A DNA stretch of 64,000 nt from Eledone cirrhosa (taxonomy: Eukaryota): positions 147,932,001-147,996,000 of the forward strand of contig OZ024742.1 of NCBI GenBank assembly GCA_964016885.1, read 5' to 3'. Below the pieces are notes generated by a model. That model made no database searches. It had not been told where the DNA came from and saw only the letters and a list, made by a program, of their open reading frames with translations. This document shows positions 1 through 13,979 of the stretch, piece by piece (the stretch's first letter is position 1; each line of letters begins with the position of its first letter). The translations under genes and the position numbers were made by a program.

Positions 1-940
1 ATATTTCTTAAAGCTTTAAATGGCCATTATCATCACTGCTTTACTTCTATTTTCCTTGCTTGCATGAGTTTGATGGGTTGTCACACGAGCCTAGACAGAC
101 AGGTCAGATGACTGTCTTGTTCACATGTTACCCGCTGACATGGTTTTTACAGCTGGATGCCCTTCCTAAAACCAACAACTTCATGACGTTTGCCAGGTTT
201 ATTTTCTCATGGCTCTACTATTTACCACCTGACAAGAAGGACTTGGTACCTTTTTTGGGCGACTAGTACTACCACTTTACCACTTATAATTCATACTCAT
301 AAAAGACACGCTAAGATTACATTACCTAGCATATTTTTTTCATTATCTATGACAGTATTGTGCATAAATATATATGATTTTAAAGATTAGACTAATTTAC
401 TATCCAAAAAACTTAAAGGTAAATTATGTGAGTCATTAGTGAAAAGAAATTGATGGATAAAAAAGTCTTTCTGCAGGGAACTTGTAAATTTATTTGGCAT
501 CAAGTATAAAATGCTATTTATAGCTTATTTTGATACAAGATATTTATTTTATTAGTCTTAAAAACTTGCAGTAGCTCTTCTAATGTACTTGCAATTAAAA
601 ACTATGTGAATTACACACAGAAAGACCATGTGATATATGTGGTCCAAGAAGCCTTTGAAATAAAACATGTAACTGGTTGGATTTGCTATCTCCTGCGAAA
701 ATAATGATTGCACGGATGTAGTTATGTATTTGAGTGTTTGTATGCATGCTCATTCATATGTGTGTGTTCATATGCGCACATATGCATGTGTCTGTGTGTG
801 TGTGCATCCATGTAAGTGTGCGTATTTTCATTAAGTTGTAGGCTAAATTCATTTTTACTAAAATTTAGGTTCAAGTATAGTTCTATTTATGTCAATAATA
901 AAATAGGTCAAGAAATAATAATACTCCCAAAATAGAAAAT

Positions 941-1682
941 TTGAATACTGTCAGCAGCGATTTGCGTTGGACAAAGCATGTCTCTAAGATTGTCAAGAAG
1001 GCCGAGGGTGTCTTGGCATCACTCAGCAAGACCTTTGTTAGCCACTCTCCAGCCATCTATTTAAAACTGTATACAGCTATGGTACGACCACACTTGGAAT
1101 TCGCATCATCAGTCTGGAACCCCTATCTTGCTCATAACATTGACCACCTGGAAACTGTTCAGAGACGTGCCACCAAGCGCATACCCTCCATCAGACACCT
1201 ACCATACTCTGAACGCCTTGCTTCCCTGGGCATGGATTCATTGAAGCTCCGACGTCTGGCAATGGACTTGGTAAATACCCACAAAGTTATTAACCATCTC
1301 GCCAGCAACAACCCTGAGCACCTTTTTGATTTCCATGTGTCTAACACATGTGGACATGCCTACAAAATCAGAAAACAGCACAGCTCCCATGATTTTCCTA
1401 AACATTTTTTCACGCTCAGAGTTGCTGAAGCATGGAACAAACTGCCTGCGTCAGTTGTTAGCTGCCGAGACACTGCATCCTTTAAGACACTCATGCTTCC
1501 CGAAATACGCCAAAACTACACCTGATGTACCCCTTCCATACACATGCACACATGTGTATATCATGACTCATGCACTGTTCATTTTCCTGACGTTTGTACA
1601 TTACCCTATGTACTATACATACACTTTTTGATGAGTTGTAGTGCACCTGAGCACTGTACACAATATTTTATTATATTATATT
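941..1682 (+). mobile_element. 5'-truncated CR1-group LINE 3' end (post-RT region plus 3' UTR)
   Basis: ORF 941-1525 has YTAMVRPHLEFASSVWNPY...LETVQRRATKRIP...PYSERL...FFTLRVAEAWNKLP, typical of the CR1 ORF2 C-terminus, and ends in a (TTATA)-like tail. Confidence 0.85.
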
Positions 1683-2886
1683 AACTTGATATGCAGACTA
1701 TATATATATCATCATCATCATCACCATTTAATGAGTATTTTCCATGTTTTTTTCCAAACTGTTACATGCTAAGACCTGACTAGTCAGGTGTCCATGTCCT
1801 GCTCACACATTCCATTTTGACTTAGTTTCTACAACTGGATGTCCTTCCTAATGCCAACCACTTTACAGTGTGTTCTGGGAGCATTTTATCATGACTCCAG
1901 CACTACCATCTCACAGGGTGGATAGAGTGCATTCCGGCACCAACACAACCACTTACATGATAGATTGGGTGCTTTCTGTTGAGACACCAGCACTACTACT
2001 TTACAGAGTTAGCTGGAGTTCTGGACAAAGACTAAGAAGTGAAATACAGGAATTTCTGATAAGTGGCAAATATTTCTGCCGCCAGTCAATACTCCTGTTA
2101 ATATCTCATGGTAGTGCTTCTTTACCAAAATGACCTTTGCCATGGAAAGCTGTCTGACAGTGTTTTATGAATGAAACGTTGCTTGCTCTGATCGATCGAC
2201 AAGATCCCAGACCTGATTCGCTTGCCAAGTCGGGTGGACCTAATCAAATTGGACCAAGGAAACAATGTTTCCATTGATCTTTCCATTGCTGATACTATCT
2301 ACTGGTCACAACTCCTGGCAGAAAGAGCACCATGAAATAAAGTATCTTGTTCAAGGACACAACTCATCGCCTGGTTCGAGAATTGAACTCACAACCTCAT
2401 GATTAAGAATCCAACTCTCTAACCACTAAGCCACGTGCCTTCACATGAATGAAACATGATTTAGATTAATGCTTCAAGTCCTAATATTACCATCCACTGG
2501 TATTGGCTGGGTTTTACAGTTGCAGGATGCTTTTCCTAGCACCAATCATGTTTACAGCATGTGGTTCTGTTATGAGGCAAGTCAAGCCAGTTGGATGTGC
2601 CATACCTTGCTTATAGTGGGACCATGTTTTGGCTGGGTTTTTGTGTTTGCTGGGTGCCCTCCCTTGCACCAACCACGTTTACAGCATGCAACTGGATGGT
2701 CCCATTATGAGGCAAGTCTGGTCAGTTGACCATGCTATAGCTTGCTCATAGCAGGACCCTATTTTGGTTGGGTTTATACAACTGCTGGATGCTCTTCCGA
2801 TGCCTCAACTGACAACCAGATCATGTGACAGGTTGTACTGGGTTACATATTAATAGTAATAATTGAGAGCGACCTGGCATATGATT

Positions 2887-3243
2887 CATCATCATCATCA
2901 TCATCATCACCATCATCATCATTTTACGTCCGCTTTTCCCTGCTTGCAAGGGTGGGACGGGAATTGATTCTGGCTTGATTTCTACAGCTGGATGCCCTTC
3001 CTAACACCAACCTCATTTACAGTGAGTGCTGGGTGCTTTTTTGCCGTGGCACCTCCACGACCACTTTGCAGTGGAATGATAGGGACCCCAGTCTCTATCA
3101 TCTCATTTCTACAGCTGAGTAAACTGGAGCAATGTGAAATAAAGTGTCTTGCTCAAGGAAACAACACATCACCCGGTCTGAGAATTGAACTTATAACCTT
3201 TCGATTGCAATGCCAATGCTCTAACCACTAAGCCATGTGCCTC
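2887..3243 (-). mobile_element. tRNA-derived SINE with an RTE-type 3' tail ending in (ATG)n
   Basis: A/B-box-like head at about 3170-3243 on the minus strand. The last ~45 nt match the RTE ends at 3630-3690 and 19118-19170. Confidence 0.75.
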
Positions 3244-3271
3244 CATATATATATATCATCATCATCATCAT

Positions 3272-3690
3272 CAGAGGAGGAGGAGGATATGCGATGGCTG
3301 GAGAGAAATGAGGCAAGCATGCTCCGTTGGATGTGCAATGTCTATGTGCGTGAACGACCCAGCATGGATGTGTTGAGAGAGAAACTGTGTCTGAGAGGCA
3401 TAGAATTTAGTGTGCGAGAGAGGGGACTGCGGTGGTATGGACATGTGATGTCGCATGGAGGATGGCCGATGGGTGAAGAAGTGCCAGGAAATGCCAGTTG
3501 AAGGAAGACGTGGTAGTGGTAGACCACGAAAAACATGGGCGGAGGTGGTGAGAACAGACCTCAGATCGCTGAAGCTCACGGTGGAGATGACGAAGGACCG
3601 TGACAAGTGGAGAGATGCTGTGCTGAATAAGACCCGTCCCACCCTTGCAAGCAGGGAAAATCGGATGTAAAATGATGATGATGATGATGA
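3272..3690 (+). mobile_element. 5'-truncated RTE LINE 3' end
   Basis: LERNEASMLRWMC...LRWYGHV, then after a frameshift GRRGSGRPRKTW...DRDKWR; (ATG)n tail. Confidence 0.85.
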
Positions 3691-4421
3691 TATATAATGC
3701 CCAACCCTTGCTAGCAGGGAAAATGGATATTGAAAGATGATGATAATAATGGACTGAATAGGCATAAATTGACACTAAGTGGATAATTGCAATGTCAGTT
3801 TGTGAAGTATGAATATTAAGCTTATCAGAAAAAAAAATACTAGTTGATATCTATTGTGTGTGAAGTAAGTACAAGATTCATAAAAGGCTTATTTGTATAG
3901 AAATTATCGACATTTATCTGGTTTAAAATAGGTATCCCATATTCTTGTATGTTATATGAAACGATTAAAAGGGCTAGTATCATGAAGGGCATTCAGTAGT
4001 AAAAAACTGCCTGAAGAATTGTATGATATGTATGAAGACTCTTGTAGGGATTGCATCACTTCCCTCTGTTTAGCTGGAATAATGGCCTTAAAACGTTTGT
4101 TGTTGTGTTGTTATATACTGTCAGTTAACTTTAAATTTTGGGATAATTTAACTGCGTAAAGTTCTTTAAATCTTAATTATTCCTATAGATAATCAACAGT
4201 TTTAAATAAGTTTACCAAATAATTAAATTTAAACTACTAATTTCTATCTAAATAAATGACTAGCATTCTTATTTATAAAGATGGGATTTCCATTCCTGTC
4301 TATCGAGAATAATATTAAAGGAAAAGAGATAGGTGCAATACAAGGACTTTCCTATTATCAAGGATTGATCCTTACAGAAGTGAAACAAGAATGAATGTTA
4401 TTTCTTAGTATATATACTAAC

Positions 4422-4582
4422 CTTTTGCGTAATGTAGGAGGATCCTTAGTTCCATGTTTCCTGATGGGGACTGCTAACTTTTTCCTATAATTTGCTTGAG
4501 AAAACACGTTCGAGCCATATCCACACATCTGAGGGCCATACAGTGCTTGGTAGCATTGATTACAGTAAGGACGACCTTTGTG
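4422..4582 (-). CDS. Next coding exon (161 bp) of the same LIM protein; not in the ORF track
   Basis: Minus strand reads cttttgtag|CAC AAA GGT...CGC AAA AG|gttagt and translates to HKGRPYCNQCYQALYGPQMCGYGSNVFSQANYRKKLAVPIRKHGTKDPPTLRK. It completes the LIM domain (PYC..CY) and the frame stays open past the donor. Confidence 0.88.
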
Positions 4583-5079
4583 CTACAAAAGAACGATATG
4601 AACCAATTAGATTCATTATATATATAAAAAAAAAGATAGTGAATTGGCAGAGTTGTTAGAATGTTGGATAGAATGCTTTGCAGTATTCATTTCAACTCTC
4701 CATACCCTCTAAATTCAAATCCTACCAAGGTCAAATTTGCTTTTCATTCTTTCAAGATCAATTCTTTCTCTATATCTTTTTCTCACTACTTTTCTCTCAC
4801 TTTCTTTCTCCTTCTCTGAAAGAAATTGGTTGTGTTCAGACCTGGAAAGAGGATGGGCTCTACCAAGTTTAAAGTGCCCAAGACAGTGCCCTAATAACTC
4901 CACCAGGAGTTACAGGTACCTACATACATATATAAAAAAACAACAACAACAGAACAGAACATTTCAGAATATTGTAGGTTTGTTAGGAAAAAAGAAATAC
5001 CTTGTAAAACAATAAACCTTACTCAATTCAATTTAACACAAAATATCAATATGTCTTAGATTGAATATTTTACTAGTTC

Positions 5080-6130
5080 TTTATTCTATCAACTCTGGAA
5101 AGATGAAAGCAATGGCAGAATTTGAACTCAAAATGTAAAGACCTGGAACAAATGCTGCAAAACACTTTGATGCTCTAATGATTCAGTCAAACCATCACCC
5201 ATAATCTACCTATAATATTAATAATAATGATTTCTGATTTAGGCATACGGCCATCAAATCTTTGGAGAAAGGGAAAACTCAATTGGTACATATTCTATTG
5301 ATCCTGAAAGGAAAAATAAAGATCGCCTCAGTGGGATATGAATCAGAACAAATATTGTAATGGCATTTTATCTGTTGGTTTACCAAATCTGCCAATCCAC
5401 TATCCTACAATAATAATTGTTTCTATTTTAAGCACAAGGCCAGCAATTTGAAGGGGAGAGGAAAGTCGATTAAATCGACCCCAGTGTAATACTGGTGCTT
5501 TATTTCATTGACCCCATAAGAATGAAAGGCAAAGCTAACCGCGGCCAGATTTGAATTCAGAACGCAAAGGGCCGTAACTCTATGCTGCAAAGCATGTTGT
5601 CCGACGCCCTATCAATAATGCCAATCCTACCAATAATAATAATAATGATTTCTAACTTATAGACACAAGGCTATAAGTTGTGCAGATGCATATGGTTGGT
5701 CAATTAATGCAACCTCAGTATTTGACTGGTACTTTATTATATCAGCCCCAGAGAGATGAAAGGCAAAGTTGATCACATCAGAGTTTAAATTTGAATTATA
5801 AAGATACCTATTTAAATATCCAAGGGAAATTGTCAAATACTCAACTCTAGTAACAGTTAAACAACAATCCAGTAATAAGGGTTATTGATCATGATATTAA
5901 TTGATTTACTTAGTCAATAGAATACACAGATTGAAGTAATAAACAATTAAGTATTCTAAATGGCGATAATGGTAGCAGGTGTTTTTAATACAGCAGTTGG
6001 GAGGAGGAGAAAGTCGAATATACCAACCCTAGTACTTGATGGTACTCTATTTTAACAACACCTGAAAGATGAAAGGAAAAGTTGACCTCAGGCAGAATTT
6101 TAATTTAGAATATAAAGGTATATACCTATA
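5080..6130 (-). mobile_element. Cluster of degenerate tRNA-SINE copies
   Basis: Repeated 'tactggtactttatttt..accc..gatgaaaggcaaagt.gacc...atttgaactcagaa' core; the best-preserved copy is about 5420-5630. Confidence 0.7.
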
Positions 6131-6303
6131 TAGCTCAGGGAATTTTGTCAAATATTTGACTCTAGTGGCAGGCAAATAACAAGTAAGGTATATAGATTTA
6201 TAGATCATGGTAGTAATTGACCTACCTAATCAATAAAATATACAAGCAAAAGTCATAAATACTTATGGGTTCTAAATAGTAATAGTGGTAGCAGGTGTTT
6301 TAA
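5700..6303. repeat. Old tandem duplication of about 300 bp (5700-5990 vs 6015-6303)
   Basis: Both copies share the SINE part and unique downstream sequence ending 'ggtagcaggtgttttaa'. Confidence 0.6.
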
Positions 6304-6618
6304 ATTAAAAAAATAAAATAAAACAAACTAAAAAATGTTATTGTAAATCTGGGAAACCACTAAATTATGTGTAACTACAAATGTATTCAATGTTCTATAA
6401 AAACCAACATCGAATACACATATGGCAGAAATAGACTTATGAATAAAGAAGTCTTCTTTATCCAGTTCTATTTTGGTTTAGTTTTCTCCTATATTTCTTC
6501 CCTATTTTTCTCCTCATATCTTAATAATTTACCCATTTTATCTCATGTTTCCACCAATCATTTATTTTGATTTTCATGGTAGCTATATATCTAGTTTCTT
6601 TACTTTCTACTATCTAGG

Positions 6619-6829
6619 TTAACATTAGTCTATATTTACTCTTATATTTCCATAGTAAAGGCTTTATCTCAAATAATTAGTTCACATATTGAATCTCGAG
6701 ATTTTGATGTTATTTATTTCGAGAACAATACCTTAACGTCAGTATGAGCAGTTGGTTACAGCCAGTTTGAACAGAAAGAAATGAGAGAATTTTGGCCGGA
6801 TATGGCCAGTTTAAATGTTAAAGGGTTAA
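6619..6829. mobile_element. piggyBac-type MITE (family also at 11370-11598, 31155-31375 and 35439-35667)
   Basis: Shared ~225 bp body. Family termini are ttaa|ccctttagcattta...taaatgctaaaggg|ttaa, i.e. CCC/GGG ends with TTAA sites. Confidence 0.7.
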
Positions 6830-7038
6830 GTTGAACAAGGAGATATAAAATGGACCATGTGCACATAAATACAAGGTGAACAAATCCTGATGAATCCATA
6901 AATAACAGTGAAACCAATCTGCTCGATCAGCATTTCAAGCCGTAGAAAAGACATCAAGTCTAATTTCATAATAAGAACTAAATACATGAGTGAATGAGTA
7001 AGTGAATAAGTGAGCGAGAAAGTGGGTATGCATGCATG

Positions 7039-7070
<32 letters not shown>

Positions 7071-7104
7071 CACATACATGTATACACACACACACTTATA
7101 TATA

Positions 7105-7372
7105 TCATCATCATCATCATCATTTCATTTTACGTCCGCTTTTCCCTGCTTGCAAGGGTGGGACGGGAACTGATTCTGGCATGATTTCTACAGCTGGATG
7201 CCCTTCCTAACACCAACCTCATTTACAGTGAGTGCTGGGTGCTTTTTTGCCGTGGCACCTCCACGACCACTTTTCAGTGGAATGATAGGGACTGGGGTCC
7301 CTATCATCTCATTTCTACAGCTGAGTAAACTGGAGCAATGTGAAATAAAGTCTCTTGCTCAAGGAAACAACA
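7105..7372 (-). mobile_element. 5'-truncated copy of the RTE-tailed SINE at 2887-3243
   Basis: Near-identical to 2910-3170. Confidence 0.75.
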
Positions 7373-8479
7373 TATATATATATTTATATATATATATCCA
7401 TTGGGACCCGTGGACAAGGCAGACCCAGGAAGACATGGGATGAGGTTGTAAGGACTGATCTTAGAAAGCTAAATCTTACAACAGAAATGACTAACAGGAA
7501 AACTGTGCAAAGGTTTGTTTCTTTTATGTGTATGGTGTGGAGTAGAGTGATGTGATGAGGTGTGGTATGCATCATGTCAAATTTCATTATCACCATCATC
7601 ATCATTTAATGTTCATTTTTTTTCTGTTAGCAAGGGTTAGGTGTGTCATCACAGACCAGTCAGTATTCAAATGGAACCACTGACCTCCAGGTGGGCCAAG
7701 GGCCCAGCATAGGATCCCGCACTCTACCAAGTGCATTTCATCATGATACCAATACTAGGGAAGTTGTCATGTCCTTGACACAACTGAAGATTCCTCCTGG
7801 AAGGTTTTGTATGGCTGGATGCCTTTCCTATCACCAAGCACTTTACAGAGTATCCTGGCTGCATTATTTGAGTAGGTCACCAGCACTAGAGAAGTTGGTG
7901 TGCCTCTGACACAACTAATGAGTCCTCTTGACCTTTTTGTTATAGTTTATACAGTGGGTTGCACTTCCTATCACCAACCACCTTACAGGGTGTACTGGGT
8001 GCAATTTGTGGCATGAACAGTCAAACAAAAATATATTGTCATATTTCAATCTGTAATGGTTGTTTGAAGACAAGAAATTGGCAGAGTTGTTAAAACGTCG
8101 GATTAAGATTAACTTCGCCTTTCATCTTTTTGAGGTCAATAAATAAAGTACCAGTCACCTACTGAGGCCAATTATTCCTCTATATCACTTTCTCACTCAT
8201 TTCTCTCTCTGTGTGGAAAATGATCAGCTGTGTTGAGACATGTTGAGTGATGGGCATTACCAGTTTTAAATACTACAGCAACCCCACAACTTAATCAGAA
8301 GTTAAGGGCCCATAGCTTGGTTCCAGTTGCCTCCCTTTATACTTTTCCTCTCCCTTTTCTTTCTCCTTCTCCAAGGTAGATGGAATACGAATGAAGAGAA
8401 AGAGACAAGGAGGAGGAGGAGGAGGAGGAGGAGGAGGAGAGAGATTGTGTAATAATAGAGATATTGTAAAACAACAAAC

Positions 8480-9075
8480 ATCATCATCATCATCATCATC
8501 ATCACCGTTTTACGTCCGTTCTTCCACGCTAGCATGGGTTAGACGGGGTGTCCTGTTGTGGGCAGTGTCTGGTCGGCTGACCATGCCTTGCTCATACAGG
8601 AACTGATTTGGCTTGATTTCTACAGCTGGATGCCCTTCCTAACACCAACCTCATTTACAGTGAGTGCTGGGTGCTTTTTCTGTGGCGCCTACACGTCCAC
8701 TTTACAGTGTGGGCTGGGTGCTTTTTTGCTGTGGCACCTCCACGACCACCTTGCAGTGGGGGGCGTGGGGGCATATTGTCTATATGCTTCAGCTTGTACC
8801 CATGGGAGGTCGGGCACTCTGTATTACTGCATGACGCCAGAGGTCACGGTCGTGTGTCATCGCCTTTGAGAGGTGTAATTGGGTAAGGTCGGCTTTTATC
8901 ACCTCATCCCAGGTCATCTTGGGTCTCCCCATTCCGCGGTTTCCATCGACTTCTAGTGCTCTGCACCTTTTTATGCAGCTGTCATCCTTCATACGCATCA
9001 CATGTCCATACCAATGCAACCGCCTCTCCTGCACACAGCATTTGATTCCTCTTATGCTCAGTCTCTCTCTCAATT
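8480..9075 (-). mobile_element. RTE LINE 3' fragment with a long 3' UTR
   Basis: ORF 8789-9073 RRLHWYGHVMRM...GRPKMTW...DRDLWR, then about 300 bp of UTR to an (ATG)n tail. Confidence 0.8.
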
Positions 9076-9399
9076 CATTTATTTGGATACATAGAATTCT
9101 ACCACATAAAAAAGAAATATTCTCACACCAGATGTTTATCTTTATAAAACTGGTTTATTTTTCTTGTTGCTATTTTACTATGTTGTTGTCCTAACATTGG
9201 CACCAACTTAGCAATTTAGGGGAAGGGGAAAGTTGATTATATTGATCCTGTACTCTCCATCCGGAAAAATGAAAAATAAGTTGACCACAGCAAGATTTAA
9301 ACTTAGAATATAGAGAGTTGTAAACAATAATAGCCTTAACATTTGAAATGTTTGAAACCTTGGTAATCAAAATAGAAAAAAAAAATGTTTTGATGCTAA

Positions 9400-9538
9400 A
9401 ATCATATGGATGTGTGTGTGATGAGAGAAAGTGAACAAATTTGAGAGAGAGAAGGAGGAAGAAGGAAAAGGAGAGAAAGTGAAAGAAACAGAGAGGGAGG
9501 GAGCATGGGTAAGAGAAAGTAAAAACGCTTGAGGAAGA

Positions 9539-9571
<33 letters not shown>

Positions 9572-9877
9572 GTAAGGCAAAAATGTATGAGCCAGTGTGT
9601 GTGACAGAGAGAGAAAAGGCAAAGATGCATGAAGAATGTGGCAGCGAGGGAGAGAGAAAGAGAGAAAGAGAGAGAGAGAGGGGGGAAACGGGAAGAAAGA
9701 CAGAGAGAGAGAGAGTTATGGTGAGAGCATGTGTGAAGGTAAGAGAAGGTAAAAAAACATGAAGAATGCAACAGAGGGGAAAGAGAGAGAGAGAGGGAGA
9801 GAGGAAGAGGGAAGGTAAAAGAAGGCAAAAATGCATGAAGAAGAGTGACAGAATGATAAATAGATAAAGAATGAGAG

Positions 9878-9910
<33 letters not shown>
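9400..9910. repeat. Degenerate (GA)-rich purine tract
   Basis: Seen directly; it produces spurious SL/ER-rich ORFs. Confidence 0.85.
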
Positions 9911-9912
<2 letters not shown>

Positions 9913-10305
9913 AACAAAATAATGTGTAACATTCAATTTTCTAAAGAAAAGAAAAGAAAAAATGTAATCAATTCAATCAAGATGAAGAATTCTAAGAAGT
10001 TGAAAAAATTATCATAGATTATCTTGATCAAGTTTAACTAGGTGTAGAGCAAGACAACAATAATCTACTACAAAGCCATTTGAATAACCAATTTGAGTGG
10101 TTTTTTAGGGAGGGGGAGGGGGCTTTGCTAGAGTCAACAGCAATACAACACAACCACGTGTTGCTACCCACAAGAAAAAAATAAAATGAGACCAATGAAG
10201 GAGATTGTATTATAGTCATGGTGTTTCACATGGAACCTTATAGATACAATACACAGAAGTATACAAACTGAAAAAAGACAACATATAATCTAATAAGAAG
10301 GTTAA

Positions 10306-10377
10306 AGAAAAGAAAAGAAAAGAAAAGAAAAGAAAAGAAAAGAAAAGAAAAGAAAAGAAAAGAAAAGAAAAGAAAAA
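10306..10377. repeat. (AAAAG)n microsatellite
   Basis: Perfect pentamer run. Confidence 0.95.
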
Positions 10378-11369
10378 AATAACTGAAAAAATACAGAAAG
10401 TTGAAAGGAAAAGGGAGAAAAGAATAACTGGAATAATTATTCTACAAAGTGTCCTGTCTTATTTAGAAAGTGTTTTCTATGTTGGCCAGCTAAAATTTTT
10501 CCTTACTGAACTGAATCCAATTCGTTTGATGTTAGTGTGATCTTCATTTAATATCAATTGTTTTGTTGTCCTACACAAAAGACTAATGTGTAATGCTGAA
10601 CTATTTGATTTAAATGGTAACATTGTTTGAACCTTTTCCTCTTAAGAATTTATTAACAACAAACAAACATTGCTGCGTGGTTAAGAAGATTGTTTTGCAG
10701 CCATAGGGTCACTTGATTTCTGTCTTATCTGCAACATTATTGTTGTTAAGATAAAAAATAAATAAAACAGCTAATGTAATAATAACAATGACTGTGTAGT
10801 TAGGGAGCTCACTTTGCAAACTTTATGGCTCTGGGTTCAATCACCCTGCTGAATGGCCCCTTGTGTGTCTTCTAATATAACCTCAGATTGACCAATGCCT
10901 TATGAGATGAAACCTGGCAGTAAAACATAGCTGAAGCCTTCACGTGGTTGTTTGACCTGTGAAAAATAGCAGCCAAACCTCTCTTCAATTATGACTTATC
11001 ATCTTAACCCTTTTATTACCATAATTCTAATGAAATACATAGCATATCAACTGCAATAATTTTGAAAATAATCACGAATTTAAAGGAATTTTGTAATATA
11101 ACTTTCTCATTATTAAGCTGGTGTTTGGAATATATCTTAACAAAGTTTCTTACATAGAATTATAATGGAACATTTAAATTTAAGCATGAATATTTTCAAA
11201 CAAACAGTTTCTGCATACAACCAGAAGCAGTTTCAGGCTGGTCGGTATCAAAAGAATTAAATAAGGAAAGGCACATAGAATATTGTAGTCCTTGATACTT
11301 TAACATACAAGATAGCTACTGCTGAAATGTCTTTTGATACAGATCAGCTTGATCGAGGTTGACTTAGGG

Positions 11370-11598
11370 TTAACCTTTTAGCATTTAGACTGGCCATATC
11401 CGGCCAGAATTCTCTCACATCATTCTGTTCAAGCTGGCTGTAACTAGCCACTCACATTGATGTTAAGGTAGTGTTCTCGAAATGAATAATATCAAAATCA
11501 CATAAATTCGATATTATGTGAGATAATTATGTGAAGTAAAGCCTTTACTGAGAAAATATAATAGTAAATATAGAGTAATGTAAATGGTAAAGGGTAAA
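11370..11598. mobile_element. piggyBac-type MITE
   Basis: ttaaccttttagcattta...taaatggtaaagggtaaa termini; body shared with the other copies. Confidence 0.7.
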
Positions 11599-11664
11599 AT
11601 AACTACTATGACTGATGATGTTGAGAGTAATGACTGAGCTTGTGATGGTAAGTAATGATAATAA

Positions 11665-11850
11665 TTGTTTCTACTTTTGGCACAAGGCCAGCAATTATCC
11701 AGTGCATTACTGGTACTTTATTTTATCGACCCCCGTAAGGATGAAAGGCAAAGTTAACCTCGGCGGTATTTGAACTCAGACCATAAAGGGACGGGACGTA
11801 ACTATGCTGGAACGCATGGTGTCCGACCCTCTACCGATTCTGCCAGAAGA
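11665..11850 (-). mobile_element. Young tRNA-derived SINE (abundant ~185 bp family)
   Basis: Reverse complement of the family consensus 'tggcagtatcggtagagggtcggac...gagttcaaatcc...gcctttcatccttacggggtcgataaaataaagtacc...gtagaaacaatt'. Confidence 0.8.
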
Positions 11851-12378
11851 CTACTTGTGATGAAGTTTTTGATGCTGATGCTGATAAGGCTTGTGATGAT
11901 TGTCAATAATGATGATGATCATGATGATGATAATGATGACAATGATGACGACTAGAGCTGGAATTTTAAACAATAGCTTTATCTTTCAACTAGATTTGCC
12001 TTGCTTGTTAGATAAATGTATTTGCTCTAGTTAGATAAATGTATTTACAAAAAAACAATTAACATTTTAATTTGCTAAACTTATATGAAATAATATACAC
12101 ATAGCTGTCAGTAATGAACTTTTAGCTTCACGATCATCATCATCATCATCATGATCATTTAACCGCTATCTTCCACGCTAACATACACAGTAAAAAGCAC
12201 CCAGCACACACTGTAAATGTGGTTGGTGCTAGGAAGGGCATCCAATGGTAGAAAACCAGCCAGAAACTGCCCTATATGAGCGAGACACGGTCACCTGACC
12301 CAACTTGCCTTTAAATGGGACACACCAGTCTAACCCATGCTAGAGTGGAAGATGGACGTTAAACGACGATGATGATGA

Positions 12379-12422
<44 letters not shown>

Positions 12423-12424
12423 TG

Positions 12425-12735
12425 AAGGTGCATGACTTAGAGGTTAGAGTGTTAGGCTTACAATCTTGAGGTTGTGAGTTTGAATCCCAGACCAGGTTGT
12501 GTGTTGTGTTCTTGAGCAAGATACTTTATTTCATTTTACTCAGCTGCAGAAATAAATTGTGATGTCACTGGTGCCAAGCTGTATCACCCTTAGCGTTTTT
12601 TTTGTACAACATCAGTGATGTGAAGAGGGGAGGCTGGTATACATGGGCATACAACCAACCACAAACAACCTTGCCCGGAATAATGCAAATCCCATGGTCA
12701 CTCGTGACTGAAGGGAGTCTTTACCCTTACCCTTT
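12425..12735 (+). mobile_element. tRNA-derived SINE of a different family, inserted in (TA)n
   Basis: A box 'tgacttagaggttag', B box 'gagtttgaatcc', then 'cttgagcaag.cactttatttca'; tail 'tttacccttacccttt'. Confidence 0.65.
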
Positions 12736-13114
12736 ATATATATATATATAAACATACACACAAATAGTGATGAAGCAAAGCTAAGCCTTTCATTTTGATT
12801 TATTACTTTCTTTTCAGTCAGTTATTAATGTTCATAGCTAATATCTAAAATATCTTTATTGCTACAATAAATCTGATGCTCAACTGTCACAATATTGTAC
12901 TTTCCCACCCCTTACAACCACATATGCTTAATGACAGCTCACTGTGTGGATAGTAACTAGGCTGAGGATGGCTTTTCAGCACACCCCCACCTTGGTATAT
13001 AAACACACACATATATAAATACACACACACATATATACATACATACACATGTATGTACATATACACACATAATATTATATATAAATACTTTTCTCGTATT
13101 ATTTATATACCTAT

Positions 13115-13301
13115 GGCGGTGGATTGGCAGTAACGGTAGAGGGTTGGATGCCATGCTTTGATGCATAGTTACGGACCTTGCGATTCTGAGTTCAAATCCT
13201 GCCCAGGTTAACTTTGCCTTTCATCCTTACGGGGGTCGATAAAATAAAGTACCAGTAATGTACTGGGTTATTGCTGGCCTTGTGCCAAAAGTAGAAACAA
13301 T
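13115..13301 (+). mobile_element. Young tRNA-derived SINE (other + copies at 17221-17408, 33400-33560, 38108-38288, 44348-44533, 51705-52092, 52862-53080 and 61458-61650)
   Basis: Full consensus from ggcggtggattggcag to gtagaaacaatt, with Pol III A/B boxes. Confidence 0.8.
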
Positions 13302-13979
13302 TATTTATATACCTTTCTATATTATTATTATTTACATCTACATGAGACCACCATGTGAAATTCTCAGAATAGACCAACCACAAAAACTATATCTGATTGA
13401 CCCTTTAATCCACTAAATGACAAGGTTGCTGGGAAAGACTTAAACAGGAGCCATAAAATATATGATGACCCAACAACACTTTACAACATAAGCATATATC
13501 AAACTGGAAGTCAAACAAATGAAACAAACACCTACTACTGACAGATACTAATGAACTAATCCCTAAGAACACTAAGTATAAGCCTTGCCCAGTGACACTG
13601 ACAAGTAACAAAATACTACTAATACTAACCTCATATTTTAGAACAGAGGTTCTCAAACTTTTGAAGCCACCACCCGCCTCACAGCCACGTAATACTCTCA
13701 GCGGCCCCAAACCCTATTTCCAGAGAGGCCTTCCTACACGCAAATTGTAAATAATTGTGTCTACTTTTGGCTCAAGGCCAGCAATTACACTGGTGCATTA
13801 CTGGTGCTTTATTTTATTGACCCCGTAAGCACGAGGGGCAAAGTTAATCTCAGCGGGATTTGAACTCAGAACGTAAAGGGTCATAACTCTATGCTGCAAA
13901 GCATGGTGTCTGACACTCTACCGATACTGTCAATCCACCGCATAATATATAATAAATTAAATCATTAATTTATATATAA

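Noticed and set aside
2040-2330. Candidate next exon of the LIM gene
   Set aside because: The acceptor I tested gives a stop in the required phase and no recognisable domain.
9191-9936. Long SL/F-rich ORFs
   Set aside because: Low-complexity GA tract.
13115-13210. tRNA gene
   Set aside because: The A/B boxes belong to a high-copy SINE head and there is no proper cloverleaf.
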